Positions 26,585 to 37,085 are shown, numbered from the stretch's first letter. The stretch is 64,000 nucleotides of DNA from an archaeon (GCA_018696395.1 JABHQR010000012.1:11841-75840), one strand, 5' to 3'. Program-made: numbers and translations. Notes: generated from the sequence alone by a model not told the origin.

Positions 26585-29071
26585 ATGGAAATTAAGTTTT
26601 ATCCTTACGATTTTGAGTACAAAGTTAAAGAAGAAAAGACTTATGTTTACATATATGCTAAATTAGATACAAGTAAAAAAGTTTGTGTGATCTACCCATA
26701 TGTCCCTTATTTTTATGCAGATATCAAAAACATTGACACTAAAGAGCTTAAAGAAAGGTTGAACAAACTTGATTTAAATGTTTATGGAAAAAAAATTAAA
26801 GTACTTTATTGGGAAGAAGTAGAAAAAGAACTTCTTGGTGAAAAAAAGAAATTCTGGAAAATATCAGTCAATTTTCCTCAATCAGTTCCAGTGTTAAGCA
26901 AAGAGTTAGAAAGTTGGGGTGTAGAAACTTTTGAAAAAGATATTCCTTTTATTCATCGATTCTTAAGAGATCACCAAATTAGTCCTTTAACTTTACTTAG
27001 GGCTAAAGGTGAACAAGTAGATGATAAAACTATGCGTGTTCCAGTATTCTTAGCAACAGAAATAAAAACATTTAGTAAAGAAATAACTAACAAACTAAAA
27101 TATTTGGCTGTTGATATTGAAACATATTCCAAAACTAGGTCCATTAATCTTCATAAAAACCCCATTTTAATGATTGCTTTTTATGGTGAAGATGAAGAAG
27201 GTAAAGTTTTCAAAAAAGTAATTACTTGGAAAAAAATCAATCATGATTTAAAATATCTTGAAATTGTTAGTGATGAATCTGTTTTAATTGAAAGATTTAG
27301 AGAAATCATTTTTGATTATGATCCAGACATTATCACTGGATATTTTTCAGATGGGTTTGATTTTCCATACCTTAAAATTAGGGGTGATAAATTTAAAATT
27401 AAATTAGATATTGGTTTAGACCGATCTGAGATGTTTACTGGAAGGAAAACTGGTCTTAAAAATAGTGAATCTAAAATTAAAGGAATTCTTCATTTAGATA
27501 TGTTTAAATTTGTTAGATACATATTTGGTGGTAATTTGAAAACTGATTCATATTCATTAGATTCTGTATCAAATGAATTGTTAGGATTAAGAAAACATGA
27601 TGTTGACATATCTAAACTTTATCTCCATTGGGATAAGAATAATTCAAAAGAACTGGAAGAATATTGTAAATATAATCTTCAAGATGCTGAAATAACTTTA
27701 CAACTTTGCAAAAAATTATTTTTTGATATGGTGGAATTTTCAAAAATTATTAGTTTACCCCTTTTTGATGTTACCAGGATGAGGTTTAGTAGATTAGTAG
27801 AAAATTATATCTTAAATAGAAGTAAAGAATACAATGTTATTGCTCCTAATCGACCAAAAAATAACGAAATTGAAAAACGTTATGAAGAAACTTATCAAGG
27901 TGCATTTGTTTATGAACCTACTCCTGGTCTGTACGATGACATTTTAGTTTTTGATTTTCGTTCACTTTACCCCACTATTATTACTGCACATAATATTGGG
28001 CCAGAATCTTTATATTGCAAATGCTGTGAAGAAGATAAAAGTGCAAGGGTTGAAGAAAGGGAAGAATATTGGTTTTGTAAAAAAAATAAAAAATTTATCC
28101 CTGAAGTTTTAGAAAGAATAGTGTTAATGAGGATTGATCTGAAAAGGTTGATCAAAGAATTAAAATCTAAAAAAGCAGATGAAAAAGAAATTAAAATATT
28201 AGAATCAAGATCTTATGCATTAAAAATTTTAGCTAACAGTTTTTATGGGTATTTAGGTTTTTTTGGAGCAAGGTGGTATTGTGTAGAATGTGCTAGGTCA
28301 ACTGCTGCTTATGCTCGTTATTATATCAAAAGAACTATCAAGAAAGCTGAAGAAAAAGGATTTAAAGTTATTTATGGTGATACTGACTCTTTGTTTTTGT
28401 TAAAAGGTGATAAGGACATTTCTCAAGCAAAAGAATTCATGAACGAGATTAATTTTGATCTCCCAGGTTATATGGAATTAGAATTTGAAGGACATTTTCC
28501 TCGAGGTATTTTTGTTGCTATTAAAGGTACTAATAAAGGTGCCAAAAAGAAGTATGCAATGATTAATGGTCAAGGAGACATTACAATTAAAGGTTTTGAA
28601 ACTGTTAGAAGGAACTGGAGTTTTATCGCTAAAGAAGTTCAAGAAAAAGTGTTGGGTTTAGTCTTATCTGGGAAAGAAGATGAAGCATTACCTTACTTAA
28701 AAGATGTGATTGATAAACTTAACAAAGGTAAAATCTCAGTAGATAAATTGATTATTAAAACTCAAATCACTAAAGATCTTTCTAGTTATACTTCTATTGG
28801 ACCTCATGTTGCTGTTGCAAAAAAAATGAAAGAGATGGGGGATGATATTGGGCCAGGAACTATCATTGAATATGTGATCTCTAAAGGGTCTGGTTTGATT
28901 AGGGATAAAGCTAAATTACCTGATGAAATTAAGGACGGTGAATATGATCCAAATTATTATCTTAAGAACCAATTAATCCCTGCAGTGGCAAGTATCTTTT
29001 TAGTAATGGGGATTAAAGAAGAAGATTTCTTCAAAGCAAATGAACAGACTAGCTTAGGAAAGTTTGGTTAA
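26585..29071 (+). CDS. polB: family-B DNA polymerase
   Basis: Motif A DFRSLYPTII, motif C YGDTDS, N-terminal 3'-5' exonuclease region. 828 aa. Confidence 0.9.
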   Translation: MEIKFYPYDFEYKVKEEKTYVYIYAKLDTSKKVCVIYPYVPYFYADIKNIDTKELKERLNKLDLNVYGKKIKVLYWEEVEKELLGEKKKFWKISVNFPQSVPVLSKELESWGVETFEKDIPFIHRFLRDHQISPLTLLRAKGEQVDDKTMRVPVFLATEIKTFSKEITNKLKYLAVDIETYSKTRSINLHKNPILMIAFYGEDEEGKVFKKVITWKKINHDLKYLEIVSDESVLIERFREIIFDYDPDIITGYFSDGFDFPYLKIRGDKFKIKLDIGLDRSEMFTGRKTGLKNSESKIKGILHLDMFKFVRYIFGGNLKTDSYSLDSVSNELLGLRKHDVDISKLYLHWDKNNSKELEEYCKYNLQDAEITLQLCKKLFFDMVEFSKIISLPLFDVTRMRFSRLVENYILNRSKEYNVIAPNRPKNNEIEKRYEETYQGAFVYEPTPGLYDDILVFDFRSLYPTIITAHNIGPESLYCKCCEEDKSARVEEREEYWFCKKNKKFIPEVLERIVLMRIDLKRLIKELKSKKADEKEIKILESRSYALKILANSFYGYLGFFGARWYCVECARSTAAYARYYIKRTIKKAEEKGFKVIYGDTDSLFLLKGDKDISQAKEFMNEINFDLPGYMELEFEGHFPRGIFVAIKGTNKGAKKKYAMINGQGDITIKGFETVRRNWSFIAKEVQEKVLGLVLSGKEDEALPYLKDVIDKLNKGKISVDKLIIKTQITKDLSSYTSIGPHVAVAKKMKEMGDDIGPGTIIEYVISKGSGLIRDKAKLPDEIKDGEYDPNYYLKNQLIPAVASIFLVMGIKEEDFFKANEQTSLGKFG

Positions 29072-29256
29072 GTTATTAATTTTCTTGTTTTTACTTAAAT
29101 AGTTAATAAATCCAGTTAATATTATCTTCTAAACATATGTCCTTTAATCGGTATTTCATATAATGATTAAACTTAAAAATAGTTTGAAATGAGTCTGTTC
29201 TTTAATGGATTTTTAATATCAAGAATCTATAAAAGGCTAAATGCTCTAACTATCTG

Positions 29257-30111
29257 TTGGAAGGTGATACATTGGTAAATCTTAACAAAAAAAGTTCTAA
29301 TAAGAAAAAATTAAATTTTGACAGAAAGAAAATTTATATGTATGTTATGGTGGTTTTGTCAATTGTTTTATTTTCTACCTCATTAGTTTTATTTGTTAAA
29401 GAAGGTGTTGGTAGTTCTTTAACAAGTGCTGTGATTAAAAACAGTTCTGGTTTAGATACTAATGAAGCTAGCACAAAAACTGAATTAGAACTAAATAATG
29501 ATTTAAGTTCTGAAAGTGAAACTGTTATATCTGATTCATTTAATCAAGATGAAGAAAATAGTATCAATTATTTTGATGAACAAAGGGTTGAATTTAGTTT
29601 AGATTTAAATCAAGTGATTAATATTGATGCTGAAATAAATTCAGAGAATGTCTTGATTATTTTTGATGGTAATGGTGAAGAATTAATTATTAATGGTGAA
29701 TTGGTTGAATTTGGTGAGATGGCTGATGTGGAATTGGAGCTGGAAAATTTTAATGGGCATATTGATTTGAATAATTTTGCAGTTTCATTGAATGGTTATG
29801 TTGATAAAGTTTTTCTGAATGAGTTTTCAATTTCTTCTTCAAATAATATTGAAATCTATTTCGAAAGAGCACATGATAATTATGTTCAAATTTTAGGATT
29901 TTCAATAGAACAATTAACTCTTCCTGCTGGTAGTGGGGGATTGCAAGCATCAGATAAATTAACTTATGAATTAGATGAAGAAACTGTTACAATTGGTGAT
30001 TTTGAAGGTGATTTAGTTGTAATTAAAAAAGAAGAAACAAGTTCATTATTAATTGGAAAATCTAATTCATTAAGTTTAGATGGTGATTTATTAGCGTTTG
30101 ACTTATGGTGA
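29257..30111 (+). CDS. membrane-anchored surface protein, paralog of 35664..36536 (true start probably the TTG at ~29272)
   Basis: Basic N-terminus, one TM helix, acidic/Asn-rich ectodomain. Clear block similarity to ORF 35664 (IIFDGNGEELIINGELVEF.. versus IIFEGYGEKIEINGDWVEL..; both have [TI]LP[AS]GSGG). Confidence 0.5.
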   Translation: MEGDTLVNLNKKSSNKKKLNFDRKKIYMYVMVVLSIVLFSTSLVLFVKEGVGSSLTSAVIKNSSGLDTNEASTKTELELNNDLSSESETVISDSFNQDEENSINYFDEQRVEFSLDLNQVINIDAEINSENVLIIFDGNGEELIINGELVEFGEMADVELELENFNGHIDLNNFAVSLNGYVDKVFLNEFSISSSNNIEIYFERAHDNYVQILGFSIEQLTLPAGSGGLQASDKLTYELDEETVTIGDFEGDLVVIKKEETSSLLIGKSNSLSLDGDLLAFDLW

Positions 30112-30295
30112 AGATATATCAACGATTAAATGAGAACCAAATAGATCTTAAATAGGTATCAAATTTACTTTCACTTGTGATGCAATAGTTACTTTATAAA
30201 ATAAATTTGGGATTACAACAATATTTAAATAATGTTTTAATCCTTAAGTGGTAAAAACAACAAAAAATTAAACTAATGAAGGTGAAATTATAATA

Positions 30296-30946
30296 ATGGT
30301 AAAAAGAAATTATGAAATCAGAAGAAGAAGAATTTTGGCAGCAGATGACGAAACAGATTTACAAGAAATGTTAGAGTGGACTGCAAATGAAAAAGGAAAT
30401 TTCTCAAGTAAAACCCCAAATGGCCCAAGTTATGTATTTGAAGTTATACGTTTAGATGTAACTAAATTAATGAATGGTAGTTGGCCTCATTTCACTGTTA
30501 ATGAAGAATATTTGAATGAAATGGGGCTGTGGGAGGGTGAAGACGACATTTTATTACTTGACCTTAACTTTAAAGGGGATTACTCTGGTAAAATTTTTAT
30601 GAATGCATTAAGTGAAATAAGATATAAATGTGGTGATGAAGTTGAAACTGTGGACATGGAAATTATTGATGCAGATTCAAGTCTTTATGAAACACCTCAT
30701 CAAAATGCTAAAGTTCAAACAGTGCCTTATCGACCAAAAATTGTAGTTTCAACAAGTTTAGAACAAGAAGTAGACCCTGATCATGTTGACCCAGACATTG
30801 CTTTTGTAGAAAATTACGATGTTTTTGGACATAACAAAGCAAAAAATCAACATACTAGAACTTTAGATTATGGGAGATATGCTATCAATGTATTTGAAAA
30901 ATTAGTGGATGTTTATGATGGGAAAGTTGAGCCATTGAATAGATAA
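30296..30946 (+). CDS. hypothetical protein
   Basis: 216-aa ORF, no recognisable family. Confidence 0.4.
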   Translation: MVKRNYEIRRRRILAADDETDLQEMLEWTANEKGNFSSKTPNGPSYVFEVIRLDVTKLMNGSWPHFTVNEEYLNEMGLWEGEDDILLLDLNFKGDYSGKIFMNALSEIRYKCGDEVETVDMEIIDADSSLYETPHQNAKVQTVPYRPKIVVSTSLEQEVDPDHVDPDIAFVENYDVFGHNKAKNQHTRTLDYGRYAINVFEKLVDVYDGKVEPLNR

Positions 30947-31057
30947 TTTGAACTTTTTTTAAATTTTATTATTTTTTTAAAAATTAAACTATTTCTTCTT
31001 AATTTATTTTTAGAAATTTTTTACTTTGTTAAATATTCAAAATTTTAATGATGAAGA

Positions 31058-33079
31058 TCATAATCTTATATTAATTCTTGCACCATTATCTCCTAAACTT
31101 TTGTAATTAATACTTCCTCTGTGTGGCCCAGTAATGATGTTATAACTTGCATCTGCACCAACAGCATTCCCATCTTCTTTGGTACTATCAACATGTTTGC
31201 CTTGACTTAAATTAATTGCATATTCTGGTGGTAAATGTCCTGTTTGAGAAATGTCAATTAATGTGAATAATCTATTTGCTCTTTTAGCATTTCTTGCTTT
31301 AATTATTACTTGCCCTTCTGGAAAAGAAGCTTCTGCTGCATTATCTATCAAATTTGTAAATGCTGCTCTTAAAAGTCTTTTATCTCCTTCAACTTGAATG
31401 TTTTTTGAAGGTTGGTATAATACTGTTACATTTGGATGTCTTTTAGATACATAATCTAATGCTGGTTCAATAACTTCATATAATGTGAGTTTTTCAATCT
31501 TAACTGGAACTCCTCCACCCCTCATAATCATTATGCTATTTTCTTCAGTTTTTGAAGACCTATTTAACATTTCTAAATACCTTTTAGTTTTTAAAATTAA
31601 TTTTTTTGGTGCTGTATTAACATTAATTATTTTACTTTCTAAACCTTCAAATAATGATGTCTCGGTATCGCTTAAAGCAGAATGATATATCTCAATCCAA
31701 CTAGGAAAATGATTTTCAAGATATTCTTTATAATCAGTATTGATATCTGATTGTTGTGCAATTTCAAAATTTTTATTATCATGAGCTAATGTTCTGATCT
31801 GACCGAACTGTTGGTTTACTTTGCTTACTTGTTCTTCAAATGCTAACTTTAATTCTGCTTCACTTGCTCTTGCTTCAGCTTCATTAGCTTTTGCTTCTAA
31901 TGTTTCTTCTCTTGCTTCTGCTGCTTCTGCTCTTGCGATTGCTTTATCCACTTCTGCATTTTGAGCTATAGCTAAAGAATCAGTCATGATTGCTTCTGGT
32001 GACATTCTTACTAATATCTTATAATCTTGTTCATTGTTCTCTTCAATCATAAAATTAAAGTATTTTTTTGCAATTTCTGATTTTTTGAATTCTTTAAAAA
32101 TTTCTGTCTGGTTGATTTTTCTCTTACCCATTCGATTAATTTCTTTCAATGTAAACCAAAACCTTCTAACAAAGTCAGTGTAAGGAATATCTAATTCATA
32201 TCTGTTACATGGAGAACCATACCTTACTCCTTTCGGAAATATTAAGTCTCCATCAATTTCAAAGTCTTCTAATATTTTGACTGGTCTAAATTCATTTAGA
32301 TTTTTAATTAAATATTCTTTTGAAGGAGAATATCCCAATGCTTTTTCAATTCCCTGTGTTAAATCAATTCTTCTACCAATTATTTTTCCATTAACTAAAA
32401 TGTCTTCTTCATTTTCTTCATAATCTAGCCCTAGGTATGCATAATCGCTTTTAATTAATTCATCTAATGGGATTTGGATGTCTGTTATTTTTGTTTCTCC
32501 ATGAATTGGTAATCCCCATAATCTTGGCATTGCTTCACTATAACCTAACGAAGCTGTAACCATTTCTAAGTATGGTGATTCAACACTGGGGAGCATGTAA
32601 TGTTGAATAATGGCTTCAACTTTACCAGAAATACTTTTTTCATTTTTTTCAATTACAATCTCTTGATCATTATTAAGATTCCTACAATACCCCGGACTAC
32701 TCATGATAGCTAGTTTTGGATTTGCTGCTGTTGAAACTAAGGTGGTTATTCCATCTTGTATAGTGGGGATAACTCTTCCTAATTCGTGATAATGGAATGG
32801 GTTCCATATCCCGCTAATCTCTTTGAAACACCTTAAAATTATCTTAAAATCATTTTGAGGCATATGTTCACTAGCTTTAAATAACATCTCTTCTGTATAA
32901 TTTGGCAATTTTTCTTTTATTTTTGCAATGAACTCTTCATAGAAAGGCTTTTTAGATGCAAAATCTCTTAATTTCTTATTTCGTGAGGTTTTAAGAAGTT
33001 GTGGCCTTTCAGCATGAGCTATTAAATAACGTAATGTGATCTTTTTCAAAGTAGGTTCAGTCACCAGTTTCTCAATCAT
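31058..33079 (-). CDS. GHKL/HATPase_c-domain protein with large unknown N-terminal region and Ala/Glu-rich coiled coil
   Basis: C-terminal N-box-like FTNLIDNAAEAS, then degenerate G1/G2 regions (LIDISQTGH.., GNAVGAD). Central AIARAEAAEAREETLEAKANEAEARASEAELK. 673 aa. Confidence 0.5.
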   Translation of the reverse strand: MIEKLVTEPTLKKITLRYLIAHAERPQLLKTSRNKKLRDFASKKPFYEEFIAKIKEKLPNYTEEMLFKASEHMPQNDFKIILRCFKEISGIWNPFHYHELGRVIPTIQDGITTLVSTAANPKLAIMSSPGYCRNLNNDQEIVIEKNEKSISGKVEAIIQHYMLPSVESPYLEMVTASLGYSEAMPRLWGLPIHGETKITDIQIPLDELIKSDYAYLGLDYEENEEDILVNGKIIGRRIDLTQGIEKALGYSPSKEYLIKNLNEFRPVKILEDFEIDGDLIFPKGVRYGSPCNRYELDIPYTDFVRRFWFTLKEINRMGKRKINQTEIFKEFKKSEIAKKYFNFMIEENNEQDYKILVRMSPEAIMTDSLAIAQNAEVDKAIARAEAAEAREETLEAKANEAEARASEAELKLAFEEQVSKVNQQFGQIRTLAHDNKNFEIAQQSDINTDYKEYLENHFPSWIEIYHSALSDTETSLFEGLESKIINVNTAPKKLILKTKRYLEMLNRSSKTEENSIMIMRGGGVPVKIEKLTLYEVIEPALDYVSKRHPNVTVLYQPSKNIQVEGDKRLLRAAFTNLIDNAAEASFPEGQVIIKARNAKRANRLFTLIDISQTGHLPPEYAINLSQGKHVDSTKEDGNAVGADASYNIITGPHRGSINYKSLGDNGARINIRL

Positions 33080-33182
33080 AACTACTTATTAATAGTAATC
33101 ATTATTTAAACGTATCTGTTCTTTAGGATACATTTAAATAATATTATTGTACTGTAATTAGAATTAATAAGAGGTAAATTAT

Positions 33183-34703
33183 ATGGCAAAATGGTATTAT
33201 GATGTTTTTCCAACGTTGTTTATAGATAAATTAAGCAATAAAATTTCAAATTATAATATGACTTATAATTTCTTGAAATCAGTTGATCCAGAACTATTAG
33301 AATCAATTAGCGAAAAGAAAGTTATGAAAGTTTTCAAAGATTCTGTTAAACATATACCTGCTTACACAAAATTTCTTAATAAGCATGGTATTAAGGGAAA
33401 AGATATTAAAAATATTAGGATGTTTGATTCTATTATTCCAGTAACTGATAAACATAATTATGTGTTCAAATATTCTCTTTTAGATAGGACTAGGAATAAA
33501 ACTTTGCCAAAACAGTCTTTAATTGTTGAAAGTTCAGGTTCCAGTACTAAACTACCAACTAATTGGTTTAGAACTTTAGAAGAAGAAGAAGATGTTCAAA
33601 AAGATATTGAATTTGAAAGTAAATATCTTTTTAAGGAGAAAGAATATATTGTAATAAGTTCTTGGTCTTTAGGTGCATGGACTACTAGTTTATCTTTTTG
33701 TTATCATTTTGAAAAATTGGGGGTTGTTAAAAATATTGGCCCAGATGTTAATCAAATAGTTCAAACTTTGAAGATGATGGGTCCAAAATTTAATTATATT
33801 ATCGGTGGTTATCCTCCTTTTGTTAAACATTTAATTGATGTTGGAAAATTAAATTGGAAGAAGTATAATATTGATCTTATTGTTGGTGGTGAAAGTTTTG
33901 TACCTGGTTGGAGAAAATACATGAAGGGCAAATTAAAAAGAGGGTCTAAAATAGTCTCAGTTTATGGTGCTTCTGATTTAGAACCTGGTTTGGCTGTAGA
34001 AACTCCTTTATCTCAATATGTTAGGGAACTTTTTATTAAAAATCCTAAAAAAGTTAATGAACTTTTTGGTACTGATGAACTTCCATTATTTTTTCAATAT
34101 AACCCTTTAAGATTTTATATTAAAAATATTACTGAAACAAAAGAATTTCACACTACTGTTTTAACTAAAGGTCACGTGGGTTGTAAGGTGAAGTATAATG
34201 TGAAGGATCTTGGGGGGAGATTGAAATACAATGATTTGATTGAAATGATGAGTGTTAATTTTAAAGAGTTTAATAAAAAATATCATCAAAAATTTAAAGA
34301 TATTTCTATCAAATTGCCTTTTTTATGGGTGGCGGGAAGAAGTGATTCTGTAATATCATTAGATGGTGTTAATATGTTTCCTCAACAGATTGAAATGGCT
34401 TTATTGAAGAATAAAAAAGTTTACAATAATATTCAGAGTTTTCAAACATCTAAAGTTTTTTATCACGATGGAGGTCATCACTTTCAAATAAGTATAGAGT
34501 TACAAGATGGTTTTAAGCCTAATAAAAATTTTGCTAAAGAAGTTAAAGAAACAGTAAAGGTGAATCTTGGTAAGATTAATAAAGCATATAAATTGGGATT
34601 AAAAGATTTTCCTGCTTGTTATGAACCTTACGTTAAGTTGTATGAATTTAGGAAAGGTCCTTTCAATAATAAGAAAATAAAAAATAAATACTTGACTAAT
34701 TAA
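33183..34703 (+). CDS. adenylate-forming enzyme of the PaaK/CapK/F390-synthetase family
   Basis: P-loop-like VESSGSSTKLPTNW, a YGASDLEPG block and AGRSDSVISLDGVNMFPQQIEMAL, which closely resembles the PaaK GRSDDMLIIRGVNVFPSQIE motif. Confidence 0.6.
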   Translation: MAKWYYDVFPTLFIDKLSNKISNYNMTYNFLKSVDPELLESISEKKVMKVFKDSVKHIPAYTKFLNKHGIKGKDIKNIRMFDSIIPVTDKHNYVFKYSLLDRTRNKTLPKQSLIVESSGSSTKLPTNWFRTLEEEEDVQKDIEFESKYLFKEKEYIVISSWSLGAWTTSLSFCYHFEKLGVVKNIGPDVNQIVQTLKMMGPKFNYIIGGYPPFVKHLIDVGKLNWKKYNIDLIVGGESFVPGWRKYMKGKLKRGSKIVSVYGASDLEPGLAVETPLSQYVRELFIKNPKKVNELFGTDELPLFFQYNPLRFYIKNITETKEFHTTVLTKGHVGCKVKYNVKDLGGRLKYNDLIEMMSVNFKEFNKKYHQKFKDISIKLPFLWVAGRSDSVISLDGVNMFPQQIEMALLKNKKVYNNIQSFQTSKVFYHDGGHHFQISIELQDGFKPNKNFAKEVKETVKVNLGKINKAYKLGLKDFPACYEPYVKLYEFRKGPFNNKKIKNKYLTN

Positions 34704-34711
34704 TTTTTTTT

Positions 34712-35548
34712 TTAAATTATATATTTTTCAATAATTCTTGTTACTTCTTCTGGTTTTTCTACAGGTGCCCTGTGTCCACAATCTTTTAATAAATAATATT
34801 TGGCATCTTTCTTTTCTTTTTTAGTTAGGTGTACATATTCTGGTAATATCACTTGATCTTTCTCACCAGCAATAATTATTGTAGGGATTGTTAATTCTCT
34901 TAATGTCTTACTTAGTTTATTTTTATTTTTAAACATATATTCTTCTAAATAATCTAATATGTTAACCATTGTTTTGATAGGTGTTATGTGCAATATATAA
35001 GATATCATGTGTATGTTACCTTTGATTCCTTCTTCAGTTAAGTCAATATCTTTCAAATTTATGAAATGTTCTTTTTTTGTTATTTCATGGGCAGCTATAA
35101 ATCTCATGAGGTGTGTAACGTAACGGTTCATGTTAAGTAATCTATTATGGTCAAAAGGGTAGACATTAGACCCTTCTACAAGGATAACTTGTTTTGGCAT
35201 TCTTCTTTTTTTATTCATACAATAAGTTACTACGATGCCTGCGCCAAAACTGTGCCCTATCAATGCAAAATTTTTAATTTTTTCTTTCTTAAAAATTTCC
35301 ATTAAATCCTTAGAAAAGTTATTTAATTTATATCTCTCAATGGGTTCTGGAACATCTGATAATCCATGCCCTCTTAAATCTGGTGCAATGATAGAATATC
35401 CTTGTTCTACAAAATAATTAATCTCTTTTTTCCAAATTGTCCAATTTCCACCTACTCCATGTAAGAAAACTAACGTTTTATCTTTATTTCCTTTGAAATG
35501 TTTGTAAAAAATTTTGATCCCATCAAATGAAGTTAAATATTTGTCCAT
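34712..35548 (-). CDS. alpha/beta-fold hydrolase
   Basis: HGVGGN oxyanion region and nucleophile elbow GHSFGAG. 278 aa. Confidence 0.75.
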   Translation of the reverse strand: MDKYLTSFDGIKIFYKHFKGNKDKTLVFLHGVGGNWTIWKKEINYFVEQGYSIIAPDLRGHGLSDVPEPIERYKLNNFSKDLMEIFKKEKIKNFALIGHSFGAGIVVTYCMNKKRRMPKQVILVEGSNVYPFDHNRLLNMNRYVTHLMRFIAAHEITKKEHFINLKDIDLTEEGIKGNIHMISYILHITPIKTMVNILDYLEEYMFKNKNKLSKTLRELTIPTIIIAGEKDQVILPEYVHLTKKEKKDAKYYLLKDCGHRAPVEKPEEVTRIIEKYII

Positions 35549-35663
35549 AGCAAAACAAATGAATTTTTAAGCTTATTTAAACCTTATGTTAAAACAACCA
35601 AACCATAAATATTAAATATCCATTAATCAATCCTATGAACTAGATGTTTAAAAAGAGGTATTT

Positions 35664-36536
35664 ATGATGAAAAAATTTAACAAATTAGATTCTACTAAGA
35701 AAAAAAAATTAGTTCCAGTTTATATGACTCTTGCAATTTTAGTATTGGGCGGGATGGCCATGCTTTGGTTTATGGATGATGGGAATTCTTCTGACCATTT
35801 TTTAAGTGGTGCAATAGTTAGTGATGAATTAGAAACTGCAACTAGCCAAGAAATTGATCCTGAATTAGAAACATCATCAAAAACAGGGTTAGGGATTAGT
35901 TCTGGTGGGTCATCTGATGAAAATTCAGGTAGCACTTCTGGAAGTGGGAGTTCTTCTGTAACTGATGGTAATACTCTTAACGATGCAAAATATTTTGATA
36001 AAGAAGTTGATGTTGAAGTTAATTTAAACAAAGCACCTAGTTTTGAAGATTTTTTAGAATCTGAACAGATTGACATAATCTTTGAAGGTTATGGTGAAAA
36101 AATTGAAATTAATGGTGATTGGGTAGAACTTAGCGCTTCAGGAGATGCTGAACTTAGGTTGATTGATTTTACTGGTAAAATAGGTGTAGATAACTTTGAT
36201 ATCTCTTTGTCAGGTAATGCTGATAAAGTGTATTTAAATGGAATTAGTTTATACTCCTCAAATGATGGTGCAACTGAAATAGTATTAAATACCGTTTCTT
36301 ATTCTACCTTAAGTTTACTTAACATTGAATTTGAAGAAATTATTTTACCATCTGGGTCTGGTGAAGTTAAAGTAGCTAACAAAATGACTTATACTTTGGA
36401 AGATGAATCTTCAGCTTTGTATTACTTTATCGGTGATTTTAGTTTAAGTAAAGATAGCGGAACTGAATTGATTATGGAAGGAAACGTTCAGGGTTTGAGT
36501 GTGAGTGGTGATTACCTTGGATTAGATTTAAGTTAG
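35664..36536 (+). CDS. membrane-anchored surface protein, paralog of 29257..30111
   Basis: Same architecture and conserved blocks as ORF 29257. Has a Gly/Ser-rich linker (GSSDENSGSTSGSGSSS). Confidence 0.5.
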   Translation: MMKKFNKLDSTKKKKLVPVYMTLAILVLGGMAMLWFMDDGNSSDHFLSGAIVSDELETATSQEIDPELETSSKTGLGISSGGSSDENSGSTSGSGSSSVTDGNTLNDAKYFDKEVDVEVNLNKAPSFEDFLESEQIDIIFEGYGEKIEINGDWVELSASGDAELRLIDFTGKIGVDNFDISLSGNADKVYLNGISLYSSNDGATEIVLNTVSYSTLSLLNIEFEEIILPSGSGEVKVANKMTYTLEDESSALYYFIGDFSLSKDSGTELIMEGNVQGLSVSGDYLGLDLS

Positions 36537-36617
36537 TTATTTCTTTTTTTAATTATTTTTTTTTAATCTGAAAATTGATCGTAAATTTTTATAAATATAC
36601 ATTAAATTAAAGTAAAA

Positions 36618-37085
36618 ATGTCTTTAGAAGCTAAAATAAAAATAAGGGTTGAAGAAACAAATTCTGAGTTATTAAGTAAAGCATTTCTTATTTTTTATAA
36701 ATCATATTCTATACTTGCAACTTCTTCTAAAAAAGATGAAATTCCAATTGTGGCAGTTTCCTATGCGGGGACAAGATATATTAATGGTGGGGGTAAGAAA
36801 GTTATTGAAATTTGTTGTCCAAATAGGTCTAAGTTACATCATATCTCTCAAAGAAATTCTGTGTTCAATTTATCTCATTCTGGATATATTGCAGGTAGGA
36901 GGGTTGTTCCTAAATCTTCAACATATCGAAAAATGCCTTTAATTGAGTTTCTGACTGATGATTATCTTTACAAAATATATCTTGGAACTTATAAGTTATC
37001 TGCAGCTAGGAGTTCAAGATTAAAATCCAAGTTAGAGGACATCCATAATTATAATCAAAATAAAAATTCTCCGATAAGTTTTTAA
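36618..37085 (+). CDS. hypothetical protein
   Basis: 155-aa ORF, no recognisable family. Confidence 0.4.
   Translation: MSLEAKIKIRVEETNSELLSKAFLIFYKSYSILATSSKKDEIPIVAVSYAGTRYINGGGKKVIEICCPNRSKLHHISQRNSVFNLSHSGYIAGRRVVPKSSTYRKMPLIEFLTDDYLYKIYLGTYKLSAARSSRLKSKLEDIHNYNQNKNSPISF

Noticed and set aside
24653-29950. Short alternate-frame/antisense ORFs 24653..24835, 25740..25922, 27967..28155, 29750..29950
   Set aside because: Each is nested in a longer ORF with clear family motifs (HINT, PolB) or stronger coding character.
31485-36942. Nested ORFs 31485..31685, 35235..35417, 35720..36076, 36715..36942
   Set aside because: They are overlapped by longer ORFs on the same or opposite strand and have no independent support.
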